From an uncultured cyanobacterium (GTDB lineage: Bacteria; Cyanobacteriota; Cyanobacteriia; Phormidesmidales; Phormidesmidaceae), in the NCBI GenBank assembly GCA_963793265.1, contig CAWBZI010000001.1, positions 288,001-352,000 of the forward strand: a DNA stretch of 64,000 bases, written 5' to 3'. Position 1 is the stretch's first letter, and the number at the start of each line of letters is the position of its first letter. The position numbers and the translations under genes are program-made. The notes beneath the pieces are model-generated. The model was not told the DNA's origin. It worked only from the letters and a program-made list of their open reading frames with translations, and searched no databases. Below, piece by piece: positions 38,308 through 48,731 of this stretch.

Positions 38308-38835
38308 TTACAAAGTGCGTTCAGAAAGGAGAGAAGTGAGATGAACTAGCTCTGGAATGATGAGGGCTTCTAGGGCTAGTTTTACGGCTTTACTAGAGCC
38401 GGGGACTGAGAAAATAAGTGTGTTGTTATGAGTGCCTGCGATCGCTCTTGAGGCGATCGCTCTCGATCCTATTTCTGCGTAGCTAAGGTGTCTGAAAATT
38501 TCACCGAAGCCGGGGAGTTCTTTAGTAATGAGGGGAGCGATCGCATCATAGGTCGTATCTCGCGGCGCAATTCCCGTGCCGCCATTGAGCAAAATGGCTT
38601 GGATCTCAGCGCGCGCTGCTAAGCCTTTCACCAAAACCGCTATTTCCTCCGGCTCATCCTTAACAATTTCGTAGTGAGCTATCTCGTGCCCAAACGCAGC
38701 CAGCCTATCTTTCATAAGCTGACCGCTTTTATCCGTTTCAGGCGTACGGGTGTCGCTGACTGTCAGCACCGCGCACATAACCGACGCTGAACCATCGTCG
38801 GGATGAGGAACCTGCGCTGAGGCATGAGGTGCCAT
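38308..38835 (-). CDS. moaB: MogA/MoaB molybdenum cofactor biosynthesis protein
   Basis: TVSDTRT.ETDKSG, NGGTGIAPRDTT and PGS motifs. Confidence 0.9.
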   Translation of the reverse strand: MAPHASAQVPHPDDGSASVMCAVLTVSDTRTPETDKSGQLMKDRLAAFGHEIAHYEIVKDEPEEIAVLVKGLAARAEIQAILLNGGTGIAPRDTTYDAIAPLITKELPGFGEIFRHLSYAEIGSRAIASRAIAGTHNNTLIFSVPGSSKAVKLALEALIIPELVHLTSLLSERTL

Positions 38836-38838
38836 GGC

Positions 38839-39171
38839 CTAAGTCTTTGTCAGGCCCATATCATTGTCTCTAGCGTAGCGATCCATAAATCGCATAAAGC
38901 GCTCCCATTCTTCTTCACCACGCATTACAAAAACGGCTTCAACACCAGCAGGCTCACCGTTTACAAACTTGCCGTTCACATCGCGAGTGGTCAGTTCGCC
39001 TTCTTCATCGACCATGTAGAGGCCCGTGATTTCGCCGCCTTCTTCTACTAGGGCTTTGGGGCGATCAAAGTAAAAGGTGGCGGTGCCATCGGACAAATCC
39101 TTAGCGCGGGTGATGCGGATATCGGGGATGACCTCCTCTTTTACACCGCGAGCAAACTGCATTTCAGCCAT
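38839..39171 (-). CDS. psb28: Photosystem II assembly factor Psb28
   Basis: QF.RGV.EEVIPD.R.TR..D..GTATF.F ... WERFMRFMDRYA pattern. Confidence 0.95.
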   Translation of the reverse strand: MAEMQFARGVKEEVIPDIRITRAKDLSDGTATFYFDRPKALVEEGGEITGLYMVDEEGELTTRDVNGKFVNGEPAGVEAVFVMRGEEEWERFMRFMDRYARDNDMGLTKT

Positions 39172-39227
39172 GATGAATCTTGTCGTTACGTAGAGTTGGT
39201 TGCTTTAGTTTCTCATTTTATTGAACT

Positions 39228-41396
39228 TTATTGAACGCCCAGTTCAGGAAAACTTGGCTGAGACTTGGCCGAGACTTGGGCTGAGACTTGATAGGGCGAC
39301 GATAAAGCAGGCATTTTGTCGTCTACAACTAGAGCCTGGTAAACCATTGCACACACCTCTGCTCGGGTGGCCGCACGGCTAGGTCTAAGTTCTGTTACGT
39401 CAGGGTGATTGAAGACGAGGCCGAGCTGAGTGGCAGCAGCGATCGCACCTTTTGCATAGTTAGGAATATCGCCGCTGTCTGTGTAGGTTTGGAGCGATCG
39501 CACATCAGGCAGCGATTTTGCCTGCAAGTTCAGCCCGCTCACCAGCGCTAGCAATGCCTGTAGCTTAGTCAGCGGATAGTTAGGATCAAACGTAAGATCT
39601 GGAAACCCTGAGATGAACTGAGCCCGGTAGGCTTGCTGAATCACGGCAGCGCCCCAAAAGCTATCGGGCACATCGCGAAAGCGGAGGGCTGGGCGCTGCG
39701 GGTCTGGGTCGAAGGCACCGACGAGGAGGGCGGCGAACTGGGCGCGAGTCATGGGCGCGTCGGGTTGAAAGGAGCCATCGCGAAAGCCGCTGAGCCAGCC
39801 TTTTTGCACAAGCGGATCGATGAAGTCTTTGGCCCAGTGGTCGGTGGGAAGATCGGTGAAGTTGGGTGAGGCTGAATCGGATTGGGCGATGAAGGGAGAG
39901 GCGATGCGAGGGGTTTTGCCTGCGGCGGCGAGGGCTTGGTGGACGAGGGCACTGGTTTCAGCGCGGGTGATGGGGATGAGGGGGCGCAGTTGATAGGGAT
40001 CAGGGTAGCCGACGACCATCTGGCGCTGGGTGGCGGCGGCAACGGGCTCGATGGCGTAGCTGGGAATTTGGGCGCGATCGCCATACACCAAGAGCAGCTC
40101 CGAGCGGCCTGCACTCACCTTTAAACCATTCACGAGCGCGACGATAGCCTGCACTCGGGTGAGCGGCGCGTTAGGGCGAAAAGAGCCGTCTGGAAAACCC
40201 GTGATAAATCCTTGCGTCTGCGCCTTGCGAATAGCCTGAGCGGCCCAAAAGCTAGCGGGCACGTCTTGAAACCGGCTGATGGGCCGGGTGGCGGGAATGT
40301 CAGGGAAAGAGGCGGCAACAAGGGCGGCAAACTGGGCGCGGGTGACCTGACTATCGGGCCGAAAGGTGCCGTCTAAAAAGCCTTTAATGAGCTGCTTTTC
40401 GGCTAAGGCTTCTACAAATGGCGCTGACCAGTGGCCGACAAGATCGTTAAAGCGGCTGTCTAAATCGAGCCCGGACAGTGGATCTGAGTCATCTTTGGGC
40501 GGCGCAGGCGGCATCGGCACGGGCTCTACATTACCGAGCAGGACGGCAGGCACGGCGACTTCATCAGGAATCTCGCTAGCCAGGTACTCAATGCGGCCTT
40601 GAACGCGAATGGGATTAATCTGATTGCCTGCTGTCAGTAGCGGTCTGTCGGCGTCGTTACGAACGTCATAGGTTTTGCCCTCAAAGCGGTTGCTGCCGAT
40701 ATCTTGAGGCTGACCAATATCGGGTTGGGCGCGGTCTTTAATCCACAGCCCGGTTTCCTGGCTAGTAGTGGCCTGGTTGTTCCGCAAAACGGGCCTAGCA
40801 TCATTGGCAATCATGATGGCGCAGCGGTTGTCGGTGAGCTGATTGCCAATCACTAGCGGGGCGGCTCTATCTGAGAGTGAAATGCCGTAGCCTGTGCGCT
40901 CGAAGCGATTTTGACGGACTTCGCCTTTGGCCTGGGCGCTGATAGACACGCCTGTGATGCCGTTACCGATAAAGTCGTTTTTAGAGATGAAGGGCTGGGC
41001 TTTGCCCTGGGCGATCGCCCCATGCTGCTGACAGTTCACAAGCCGATTGCTGACGATAAGGGCCGCGCCCTGACTGGTGAGGATGCCGCTGCCCTGAGGG
41101 TTTGTGATAGTGACTTCGCGGATTTGAGCGCGATCGCCCAGCACAACCGCCGTATTTTGCTCACTTGTAACACCGCCGCCCTCAATCGTTACTGACTGGC
41201 TCGCTTCACCTGCGACAGTGACACCTGCTGGAATGACCAGGGGAAACTGCTCGCCTGTGCGGTAGGTGCCAGAGGCGAGCTGAACGCTGTCACCGGGCTG
41301 CGATCGCTGCAACCCACGGGTGATCGTTCTCAAAGGAAACTGAGCGGTGCCTGCCTGATCGTCTCGACCAGCAGGACTTACATAAACGACAGGCAT
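39228..41396 (-). CDS. DUF1565/beta-helix + multiple SLH domain cell-envelope protein
   Basis: YVSP.G.D...G...P.RTI beta-helix start. Repeated GFxDGxFxPxxxxTRAQ SLH motifs. Confidence 0.9.
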   Translation of the reverse strand: MPVVYVSPAGRDDQAGTAQFPLRTITRGLQRSQPGDSVQLASGTYRTGEQFPLVIPAGVTVAGEASQSVTIEGGGVTSEQNTAVVLGDRAQIREVTITNPQGSGILTSQGAALIVSNRLVNCQQHGAIAQGKAQPFISKNDFIGNGITGVSISAQAKGEVRQNRFERTGYGISLSDRAAPLVIGNQLTDNRCAIMIANDARPVLRNNQATTSQETGLWIKDRAQPDIGQPQDIGSNRFEGKTYDVRNDADRPLLTAGNQINPIRVQGRIEYLASEIPDEVAVPAVLLGNVEPVPMPPAPPKDDSDPLSGLDLDSRFNDLVGHWSAPFVEALAEKQLIKGFLDGTFRPDSQVTRAQFAALVAASFPDIPATRPISRFQDVPASFWAAQAIRKAQTQGFITGFPDGSFRPNAPLTRVQAIVALVNGLKVSAGRSELLLVYGDRAQIPSYAIEPVAAATQRQMVVGYPDPYQLRPLIPITRAETSALVHQALAAAGKTPRIASPFIAQSDSASPNFTDLPTDHWAKDFIDPLVQKGWLSGFRDGSFQPDAPMTRAQFAALLVGAFDPDPQRPALRFRDVPDSFWGAAVIQQAYRAQFISGFPDLTFDPNYPLTKLQALLALVSGLNLQAKSLPDVRSLQTYTDSGDIPNYAKGAIAAATQLGLVFNHPDVTELRPSRAATRAEVCAMVYQALVVDDKMPALSSPYQVSAQVSAKSQPSFPELGVQ

Positions 41397-41542
41397 AGAG
41401 CACCGATAGCGACTTCATCTAAATAACCATAGGATCACTATGTAAATTCGTCATGTCTGAGGCGCGTATGGCGCAGCTAACCAATTTGAATGCGCTATAG
41501 CCGCTAGAATAAGCGCAGCCCCTACGTATCTAGTTCGTATCT

Positions 41543-42010
41543 ATGGCAGATTGGTTAGAACATACCGTCCATGTAGACGTGGATGCTCCAGTAGAAAAGG
41601 TTTGGCAGATGTGGTCTGACTTGGAGCAGATGCCGAAGTGGATGAAGTGGATTGACTCGGTCGAGATTTTGGCAGACGATCCAGATTTGTCGCGGTGGAA
41701 GCTGAATACAACCGGGCTCACCTTTTCGTGGCTGTCGCGAATTGCCAATATCGTGCCTGAGCAAATCATTCAGTGGGAGTCGGTAGACGGCCTGCCAAAT
41801 AAGGGCGCGATTCGCTTTTATGGTCGTAAAGATGGCACCAGTACGGTGAAGATGACGATTGCCTACGCGCTGCCTGCTATTTTAGCTCGGCTGATGATGA
41901 GTAATTCATTTGTTGATCGAGTGGTGACTTCAACGCTACAGGCTGATTTGGATCGGTTTAAAGAAATGGCGGAGCCTGCGGCTGACGTAGCGTCTGCTGG
42001 TAATCAGTAG
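41543..42010 (+). CDS. SRPBCC (polyketide cyclase/START-like) family protein
   Basis: VDAPVEKVW.MWSD...MPKWM and WESVDGL.N.G motifs. Confidence 0.88.
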   Translation: MADWLEHTVHVDVDAPVEKVWQMWSDLEQMPKWMKWIDSVEILADDPDLSRWKLNTTGLTFSWLSRIANIVPEQIIQWESVDGLPNKGAIRFYGRKDGTSTVKMTIAYALPAILARLMMSNSFVDRVVTSTLQADLDRFKEMAEPAADVASAGNQ

Positions 42011-42011
42011 T

Positions 42012-44456
42012 ATGGATTGGGCGCGGGCAACGGATCAACTGAGATCGCACCGTCTAGAAGCGCTTTTCACTGAAACGCTCGGCTGGCAGGTGGTAGCAGA
42101 AAGCCCAATTGCCTCCCAAGTGCCGATTCAAATACTTGACTGGCAATGCAAGGCGATCGCCTATCGTGATGGCATCACTGTTTGGCAAGTTTTGCTACCT
42201 GATGATAGACCGCTTACACCTGACACAAGACAGACGGTTTACGAGACAATTTCGCAGCGAGTAGAGACGCCAGATTGTTGCGAAGCACCGCTCGTCATCT
42301 TTGTAGATGCTCACAAAACGCGCAGTTTGTGGTGTTCTCCTCAAGGAAGTGCGTTATATGTGGCCAATCAGCCCGCCAAACTATGGGAGTTTCGTCTGAA
42401 AAGATTTACTCAGGGTAGGCGCGGGCTATTTCCTGTTTTGGAGCGGGAGCAGGAAAAGTACGAGGTTTTTGAACAGCTATTACAAGACTTGTGCAGCGGA
42501 ATACAGGGAATTAGTCATAAGAGTGACCGACAAGAGTATGCGCTGCTAATGGTTCAGCGGCTAATCCTCATTCAAAGTATGCAGCAAAAAGGCTGGCTTG
42601 GTGGCGATACTTGGTATTTGCAAAATAGGTTTGGCCAGGCGCTACAGGCTGGTGGAGATCTCTTTTTTAGTGATTATTTGCAGCCGCTTTATCGAAGCCT
42701 GGCGCTACCAAAAATAGAGCGATCACCTGCGTTAAAAGAGACAGTAGGCAACGTGCCTTTTTTAGGCAGTTTGTTCGATACGCATAGGTTAGAGAGAAAG
42801 TACGAACAGATTGCAATAGGCAATAGCCCCTTTGAAAACATCTTAGGCTGGCTAAGCGAACAAAGTAATGATGACGCGCTCAATCCATGGCTGAGTGGAG
42901 ATCTGGGCTATTTGCTAGAGCGCTATTGGGGCCAGCACACGCAGCCAAAGTCGGACTATATAGGGACGCCAGCGTTAGGCCGTGAGGTGAGCGATCGCAC
43001 AATAGACACGCTATTGCTAAACCGAATCAATCGCGACTGGCTGCCAAAAGCGTTCTCGAATGAAGACTTTAAAACTATCACCCTAAACGATGTGTTATTC
43101 AGCGCTAGCCCTAAACTATGCCGCCATTTGATTCAGAATATTTTGCCTAACTTGCGTCTATTAGATCCTGCCTGTGGCAGCGGCAGTCTTTTGGTAGCAC
43201 TGCATCAGCGGCTTATTGAAATTTTTAGCGTGCTCATTGGCTACAGTCAACAACATCAAGACACTCAGCTTAAAATTTGGCAATCGGGCCTGATAGAAAC
43301 AGCGTCCGCTGACGATGAGAATACGATAGAAACAGAACATAATCACCTACTGCTAAACGTTCAGGCAGGCGTGCTTAAACACATTCTGCATGGTGTAGAT
43401 ATTTTGCCGGGGGCTGTTGAGACAGCTCGGTTTCAACAGGGGGTGATGAGAGTTGCGATCGCTCAACACCCTAATGTTCTAGAACCTCTCATCGATCTAT
43501 CCTTCAGCATCCTAGTCGGCAACAGCTTGGTCGGACTCATCTCGGTAAATGAGGAGCGCTTCGATCAGGTCAACAAGTCGGGAGAGCTAAATGTTCTTCA
43601 GGGTAACTTGCTACAGCCTTTAGCCGCCGATGGATATCAAATAACGTTAGCTGAGAGAGATTTGGCTTTAGAGCACTACAAGTCTCGCAACCAAGCGCTA
43701 GCTGATGCCGGTAATATTCCGGCCTATGCAAGAGCCTCACTGCTTAAAGAAGAGATTTTTCAGCTAGATAGCAAAGCTCAAAACAAGCTAGATGCTTTGC
43801 TTTTGAACTATATGAGCGAACAGCTTGGCATTCAGTACAAGGCCATGCAGCTTACAGACAAGCCTCAGCGCCGCCTGATAAGCATAGAAGATATCGACGT
43901 TTTGCAGCCGTTTCACTGGGGCTATCACTTTAACGAGATTGTTCAACGTGGCGGCTTTGATGCCATTGCGTGCGTGCCGCCGTGGGGAGCCTTTAAGCCA
44001 ACAGCTGAGGTGTTTTTTCAGCAATTTCAAGATTTAGCTGAGGCTAAGGGTTTGAGTGTGGAGGTTTCGGCCAGGCTACTCAAAACCTCTAAGCAAGCGC
44101 TCTTGGAGGGCGATCCAGACATTGCCGAGGCCTGGCTATTTTATCAAAATCAATATGCCTACGTCGCAGACTACTTTTACCGCAGCGAGCAGTATGCCCA
44201 TCAAAATCCAAAGGTTCGCGGTAAGTCTGTTCGCAATCAGCTTGTTTTAGAACGGTTATTTTTAGAACGGTGCTGTAGCTTGCTCTCTATAGATGGAAAT
44301 GTGGCGATTGTTTTACCAGAAAAGATGGCAGAAGATAATAAGGCTCAAGCGTTACTGTGTTATCTGGAAGAGATTGGGCGGGTGAGTGAGGTGGAGATAG
44401 TAGGAGATGACGCGATCGCTCTACTTTCCCTACAGCGCAACGGCTCTACAAATTAG
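42012..44456 (+). CDS. Type IIG/Eco57I-like adenine methyltransferase homolog with degenerate catalytic motif
   Basis: Motif I LDPACGSG, GVDI, GNSL and FHW..F..GGFD motifs. Motif IV reads VPPW instead of NPP(Y/W). Confidence 0.75.
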   Translation: MDWARATDQLRSHRLEALFTETLGWQVVAESPIASQVPIQILDWQCKAIAYRDGITVWQVLLPDDRPLTPDTRQTVYETISQRVETPDCCEAPLVIFVDAHKTRSLWCSPQGSALYVANQPAKLWEFRLKRFTQGRRGLFPVLEREQEKYEVFEQLLQDLCSGIQGISHKSDRQEYALLMVQRLILIQSMQQKGWLGGDTWYLQNRFGQALQAGGDLFFSDYLQPLYRSLALPKIERSPALKETVGNVPFLGSLFDTHRLERKYEQIAIGNSPFENILGWLSEQSNDDALNPWLSGDLGYLLERYWGQHTQPKSDYIGTPALGREVSDRTIDTLLLNRINRDWLPKAFSNEDFKTITLNDVLFSASPKLCRHLIQNILPNLRLLDPACGSGSLLVALHQRLIEIFSVLIGYSQQHQDTQLKIWQSGLIETASADDENTIETEHNHLLLNVQAGVLKHILHGVDILPGAVETARFQQGVMRVAIAQHPNVLEPLIDLSFSILVGNSLVGLISVNEERFDQVNKSGELNVLQGNLLQPLAADGYQITLAERDLALEHYKSRNQALADAGNIPAYARASLLKEEIFQLDSKAQNKLDALLLNYMSEQLGIQYKAMQLTDKPQRRLISIEDIDVLQPFHWGYHFNEIVQRGGFDAIACVPPWGAFKPTAEVFFQQFQDLAEAKGLSVEVSARLLKTSKQALLEGDPDIAEAWLFYQNQYAYVADYFYRSEQYAHQNPKVRGKSVRNQLVLERLFLERCCSLLSIDGNVAIVLPEKMAEDNKAQALLCYLEEIGRVSEVEIVGDDAIALLSLQRNGSTN

Positions 44457-45202
44457 CGACTCTGGCGCGCGCGTGTAACCATAGCGCCTGCCATCGCTGC
44501 TAGTCCTAAAACAAAAGCAGGTTCTGGAATATCGGTAGGCTGCTGGCCGCCGTCGCCGTCCATAGCAATAGATTGGATTTGAGCAAACAAAGTGCTATCG
44601 ACCGCCTGATCTTCAGGCACCTGAAAGCTCCGCGTAAAGGTAGCACCATTGTCAGGGCTAAATCCCAAAACTTCTACACTGTAGCGCTGTTGATCTATTG
44701 TGAATGTTTGCGGCTCAGGGTTTTGCGAAATAGATAGGCTATCATCGCTGTTATCCTCATCCGAGTTAGACGTGAGATTGAAAGTAAAGCGATATTCAAA
44801 CTGTTGCTGAATTTGAGCAGGCTGTAGCAGATTGATATTGACGCCCAAAGGTACGCTAGAGGCATTCGTGCCGCTGAACGTTTGGCCGTTGAGATAGGTG
44901 AGTGTGCCAATTGAAAAAGACTGATCGCTCATGGCAGCAAAGCTTTTTCCAGCAAAGGTAAGCTTGTTTGCCGTAGACATCTCTCCGGCCTCGCCCAGCA
45001 TAAACGTTTCGGTCAGCGGCGCAGGTCTTTCAATGCTAAAGACAGGATCAGAATCTACAGCCTCATCGATATCAGGTATTCCAAACGCACCCGCGCTGTT
45101 GCCCGTAATAACAATAGCCGCTTGTGCTCTTGAGCTATAGGCGCAAACCGCTAGTAGAGTAGCCGCTAGCGTAGCCGAGGCGAACTTGAAGGAACGAGAC
45201 AT
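44453..45202 (-). CDS. PEP-CTERM sorting domain exported protein
   Basis: Signal peptide ending AQA-A. C-terminal IPEP followed by a TM helix and basic residues. Confidence 0.85.
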   Translation of the reverse strand: MSRSFKFASATLAATLLAVCAYSSRAQAAIVITGNSAGAFGIPDIDEAVDSDPVFSIERPAPLTETFMLGEAGEMSTANKLTFAGKSFAAMSDQSFSIGTLTYLNGQTFSGTNASSVPLGVNINLLQPAQIQQQFEYRFTFNLTSNSDEDNSDDSLSISQNPEPQTFTIDQQRYSVEVLGFSPDNGATFTRSFQVPEDQAVDSTLFAQIQSIAMDGDGGQQPTDIPEPAFVLGLAAMAGAMVTRARQSR

Positions 45203-45674
45203 ATTGTGGGTTCAGCATAGTGACAAACGTATCAGGAAAAATTGATGCACCTAGATAATCAATGTAGTAATTCCACTGAGCCTGTGCATATAGTGAAATT
45301 ACATATTCTTCAATTCTTCATCGGAGTTTTAAGACCGTGCCCTACTAAGGAGCGCAGAAATACCGAAAGCTGCCGATATATTCAACAGTCGATAAAGCGC
45401 AAGATCCCCACCGTTTGAGTAAAGCTACTGTGAATATGCTTTACAAACGACGGCTGTAATATTTACCGCAAATTTATCTTAGGTTCCCGGAGCAGGCGGA
45501 ATTGTTTGGTTGCTTGGTGTTGAGCGCGATCGCCTAGCCACTGCTAAGGCTTACCCTCTGTTCTTCTTTATTGGGTTGAAATAGTGTTTTGTTAGGCGAT
45601 TGTGAAGTGTGATCGCGAGCAGTCCGTAGCTGTTCTGTATCAATCTCTTCTGTAGCACTCAGTAGGATCCACAT

Positions 45675-45708
45675 AAAAAAGGTGCAGATGAAATCAATCA
45701 TCTGCACC
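45675..45708 (-). terminator. Rho-independent terminator of dnaK
   Basis: GGTGCAGATGA/TCATCTGCACC stem with a U6 tract on the minus strand. Confidence 0.85.
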
Positions 45709-45790
45709 GCTAAACTAGCCGAAGCTATTCAGTTGTCTCTTTTCTCTGACGCCTGAGCGCTGAGGCCCAGAGCTAACCTGCTGTGGCAAC

Positions 45791-47698
45791 CTACTTCCCG
45801 TCAGTTTCAGAAAACTCAGCGTCAATCACATCGTCTTCACCACTTGAAGCGGTACCACTGTCAGCCTCACCCTCTGCGTCAGGGGCTGCGCCTGCACCGG
45901 CTGCATCCTGATAGAGATTGCTGCTCAAAGAATATAGGGCTTGCTGAAGCGTTTCCATAGAAGACTTGATCTTATCGAAGTCCTCAGCGGCAAGTGCTTC
46001 CTTGAGGTCTTTAATTTGGCCCTCAATTTTTTCCTTATCTTCAGCAGGAACCTTATCACCCAGCTCTTCTACCTGCTTTTCAGCCTGGTAGGCCAGCGAG
46101 TCAGCCTGGTTCTTCATGTCGATGCGCTCACGGCGCTCCTTATCAGTGTCAGCGTTGCTTTCCGCATCGCGCACCATCTGCTCGACCTCAGTATCAGAGA
46201 GCGTCGAAGCACCCGTGATACTAATAGACTGCTCTTTACCCGATCCCTTGTCTTTAGCCGTGACGTTCAAGATGCCGTTAGCGTCAATATCAAAGGTAAC
46301 TTCGATTTGAGGGACGCCGCGTTGCGCAGATGGAATGCCATCTAGGCGGAACGTTCCCAAGCTCTTGTTATCGCTAGACATTTCACGCTCACCTTGCAGC
46401 ACGTGAATTTCTACGTTGGTCTGACCGTCGACAGCGGTAGAGAACACCTCTGACTTCTTCGTAGGAATCGTCGTGTTGCGAGTGATCAGCTTAGTCATCA
46501 CGCCACCGAGGGTTTCAACACCCAAAGATAGCGGCGTCACGTCTAGCAAGAGGATGTCTTTGACTTCACCAGCTAATACGCCACCTTGAATAGCCGCACC
46601 AATCGCAACCACTTCATCAGGGTTAACGGTCTGGTTAGGCGCTTTGCCCAAGATTTTTTCAACGAGGTTCTGCACCGCAGGGATGCGAGTAGAACCACCG
46701 ACGAGTACGACCTCATCAATATCAGTCTTGCTGAGCTTGGCGTCTTTGAGCGCGTTTTGCACGGGGACGCCACAGCGATCGATCAGATCAGAGCACAGCT
46801 CCTCGAACTTAGCGCGAGTCAAGGTGGTTTCTAAGTGCTTAGGCCCATCCTGAGTAGCGGTGATAAACGGTAGGTTTACCTCTGCCTGGCTAACGCTAGA
46901 GAGTTCAATCTTGGCTTTCTCAGCGGCTTCAGTCAGGCGCTGTAGAGCCTGCTTATCTTTGCGAAGGTCGATGCCTTCCTTCTTAGCGAAGTCTTCAGCG
47001 AGGTAGTCAACGAGCTTTTTATCAAAGTCGTCGCCGCCTAAGTGCGTGTCACCTGAAGTAGAGAGTACTTCAAATACGCCGTCGCCAACTTCGAGTATAG
47101 ATACGTCAAAGGTACCACCACCTAAGTCAAAGACGAGGATAGTTTCATTGCTCTTTTTATCAAGGCCGTAAGCCAGTGCGGCGGCTGTGGGCTCGTTGAT
47201 AATGCGAAGGACTTCAACGCCTGCGACTTTACCCGCGTCTTTTGTAGCCTGACGCTGAGAGTCATTAAAGTAGGCCGGAACTGTAATCACAGCCTGAGTG
47301 ACCTTCTCGCCAAGGTACTTACTGGCATCGTCTACGAGCTTACGCAGCACCTGAGCCGAAATTTCTTCGGGGGCGTACTGCTTACCATCTGAGGTTTCAA
47401 TTTTTACATTGCCGCCTACTTTTGCAATTTTGTAGGGGACTTCGCTGGACTCGTTATTGACTTCATCATACTGACGACCGATGAAGCGCTTAACTGAGTA
47501 CAGCGTGTTTTCGGGGTTCATGACCGCCTGACGCTTCGCAATTTGGCCAACGAGGCGATCGCCATTTTTGGCATAAGCCACCACCGATGGCGTCGTGCGA
47601 AACCCTTCAGCATTAGCAATTACAGAGGGCTTACCGCCTTCCATAACCGCGACGACTGAATTGGTAGTTCCAAGGTCAATTCCAACGACTTTTCCCAT
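45791..47698 (-). CDS. dnaK: Chaperone DnaK (DnaK2-type)
   Basis: [35 protein letters not shown] and C-terminal DDVIDAEF motifs. Confidence 0.99.
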   Translation of the reverse strand: MGKVVGIDLGTTNSVVAVMEGGKPSVIANAEGFRTTPSVVAYAKNGDRLVGQIAKRQAVMNPENTLYSVKRFIGRQYDEVNNESSEVPYKIAKVGGNVKIETSDGKQYAPEEISAQVLRKLVDDASKYLGEKVTQAVITVPAYFNDSQRQATKDAGKVAGVEVLRIINEPTAAALAYGLDKKSNETILVFDLGGGTFDVSILEVGDGVFEVLSTSGDTHLGGDDFDKKLVDYLAEDFAKKEGIDLRKDKQALQRLTEAAEKAKIELSSVSQAEVNLPFITATQDGPKHLETTLTRAKFEELCSDLIDRCGVPVQNALKDAKLSKTDIDEVVLVGGSTRIPAVQNLVEKILGKAPNQTVNPDEVVAIGAAIQGGVLAGEVKDILLLDVTPLSLGVETLGGVMTKLITRNTTIPTKKSEVFSTAVDGQTNVEIHVLQGEREMSSDNKSLGTFRLDGIPSAQRGVPQIEVTFDIDANGILNVTAKDKGSGKEQSISITGASTLSDTEVEQMVRDAESNADTDKERRERIDMKNQADSLAYQAEKQVEELGDKVPAEDKEKIEGQIKDLKEALAAEDFDKIKSSMETLQQALYSLSSNLYQDAAGAGAAPDAEGEADSGTASSGEDDVIDAEFSETDGK

Positions 47699-47792
47699 GT
47701 GTATCTCCGAGTGATCTGAATAACTAACGACTAACTAAAATTTGTTCGTAAAGGTTATATACATAGTGCGCAATGGGGGGCGGTTTGCTGAA

Positions 47793-47808
47793 GGGGGGGT
47801 TACCGAAC
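47793..47808 (-). promoter_or_regulatory. K-box upstream of dnaK
   Basis: GTTCGG-TAAC-CCCCCC against the consensus GTTCGG-NNAN-CCNNAC (1 mismatch), about 95 bp upstream of the start. Confidence 0.7.
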
Positions 47809-47963
47809 CGGGGGCTTCGGCTAGGCTGAGCTGCTAGCGGGTGGGCTTGGTTGAGATGAGCAGCTATTAATTAAATAGCGGCAGAATAGCTCAAGCAGGA
47901 AAATAGAAAGCAGAATAGAAGCTAGCTAATAGTCAAAGGCGTGTCGCCTCTTTGTAAGTAACC

Positions 47964-48200
47964 ATGATTCAAACTATTAAAGCCAAAACAACCGTTAAGC
48001 CTGGTGGCTTAGTTGAGGTGCATTCAGATGAGCTGCCTGAAGGGGCTACCGTAGAGGTAATTGTGCTAGTAGAAGCCGTTGAAGAGCCGAAAAAGCCTTC
48101 AAGAAAGCTGACTGATTTTATTGGAGCTGCCAAGGGCAGTTTTTCTAGCGTTGCCGAAATTGATGCGTACATTCGCGAAGAGCGCGATTCATGGGATTGA
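47964..48200 (+). CDS. Antitoxin (VapB-like)
   Basis: 78 aa ending YIREERDSWD. Overlaps the PIN gene. Confidence 0.8.
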   Translation: MIQTIKAKTTVKPGGLVEVHSDELPEGATVEVIVLVEAVEEPKKPSRKLTDFIGAAKGSFSSVAEIDAYIREERDSWD

Positions 48201-48652
48201 TAGAGCTGCTGAGAGGTGACCGCATTTACTTAGACGCTAATATTTGGATCTATGCGCTAGAAAACGTTGCTGAATATAGTAATTCGTTTGTTTCTTTGTT
48301 TAAAGCGGCTGAGGAAGGGGATCTGACGATTTTGACGAGTGAGCTTACGCTTGCGGAAATTCTGGTCAGATCTATTAAGAGAAGCGATATAGCGAGGCAA
48401 ATTATCTATACCGAAGCTATCACGACTACAGACGATACGATTGCTGCGCCTGTCAATAGAAGTATTCTTCTGGAAGCAGCTAGAGTTCGGAGCAATACGA
48501 AGCTCAAGCTACCGGATGCGATTCATGCGGCTACTGCGATCAAGACCAACTGTACGACTTTTCTAACTAACGACAAGCAGTTTAGAACCGTTCAGGGTTT
48601 GCACACGCTGCTGCTATCGCAAGTTCCGGCAGATTCTGATGAGGAAGAATAG
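48191..48652 (+). CDS. vapC: VapC PIN-domain toxin
   Basis: YLDANIWIY, TLAE, LPDAIHAATA and FLTND motifs. Confidence 0.92.
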   Translation: MGLIELLRGDRIYLDANIWIYALENVAEYSNSFVSLFKAAEEGDLTILTSELTLAEILVRSIKRSDIARQIIYTEAITTTDDTIAAPVNRSILLEAARVRSNTKLKLPDAIHAATAIKTNCTTFLTNDKQFRTVQGLHTLLLSQVPADSDEEE

Positions 48653-48666
48653 AGTTAACGATAAAG

Positions 48667-48706
48667 AAAAAGCGCCTGACCGTATGTACTGTTGGTTGGG
48701 CGCTTT
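48667..48706. terminator. Bidirectional terminator-like hairpin
   Basis: AAAGCGCCTGACC...GGTTGGGCGCTTT between convergent genes. Confidence 0.65.
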
Positions 48707-48731
48707 ATAGGTTCTCTAGTTCAGATTTTGC

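Noticed and set aside
42012..44456. BREX PglX or functional R-M system
   Set aside because: No partner genes, catalytic Asn missing, and no TRD region.
45941..46853. Several antisense ORFs inside dnaK (and similar ones inside chlH, phoA, wza and the dynamin gene)
   Set aside because: Shadow ORFs opposite well-supported genes.
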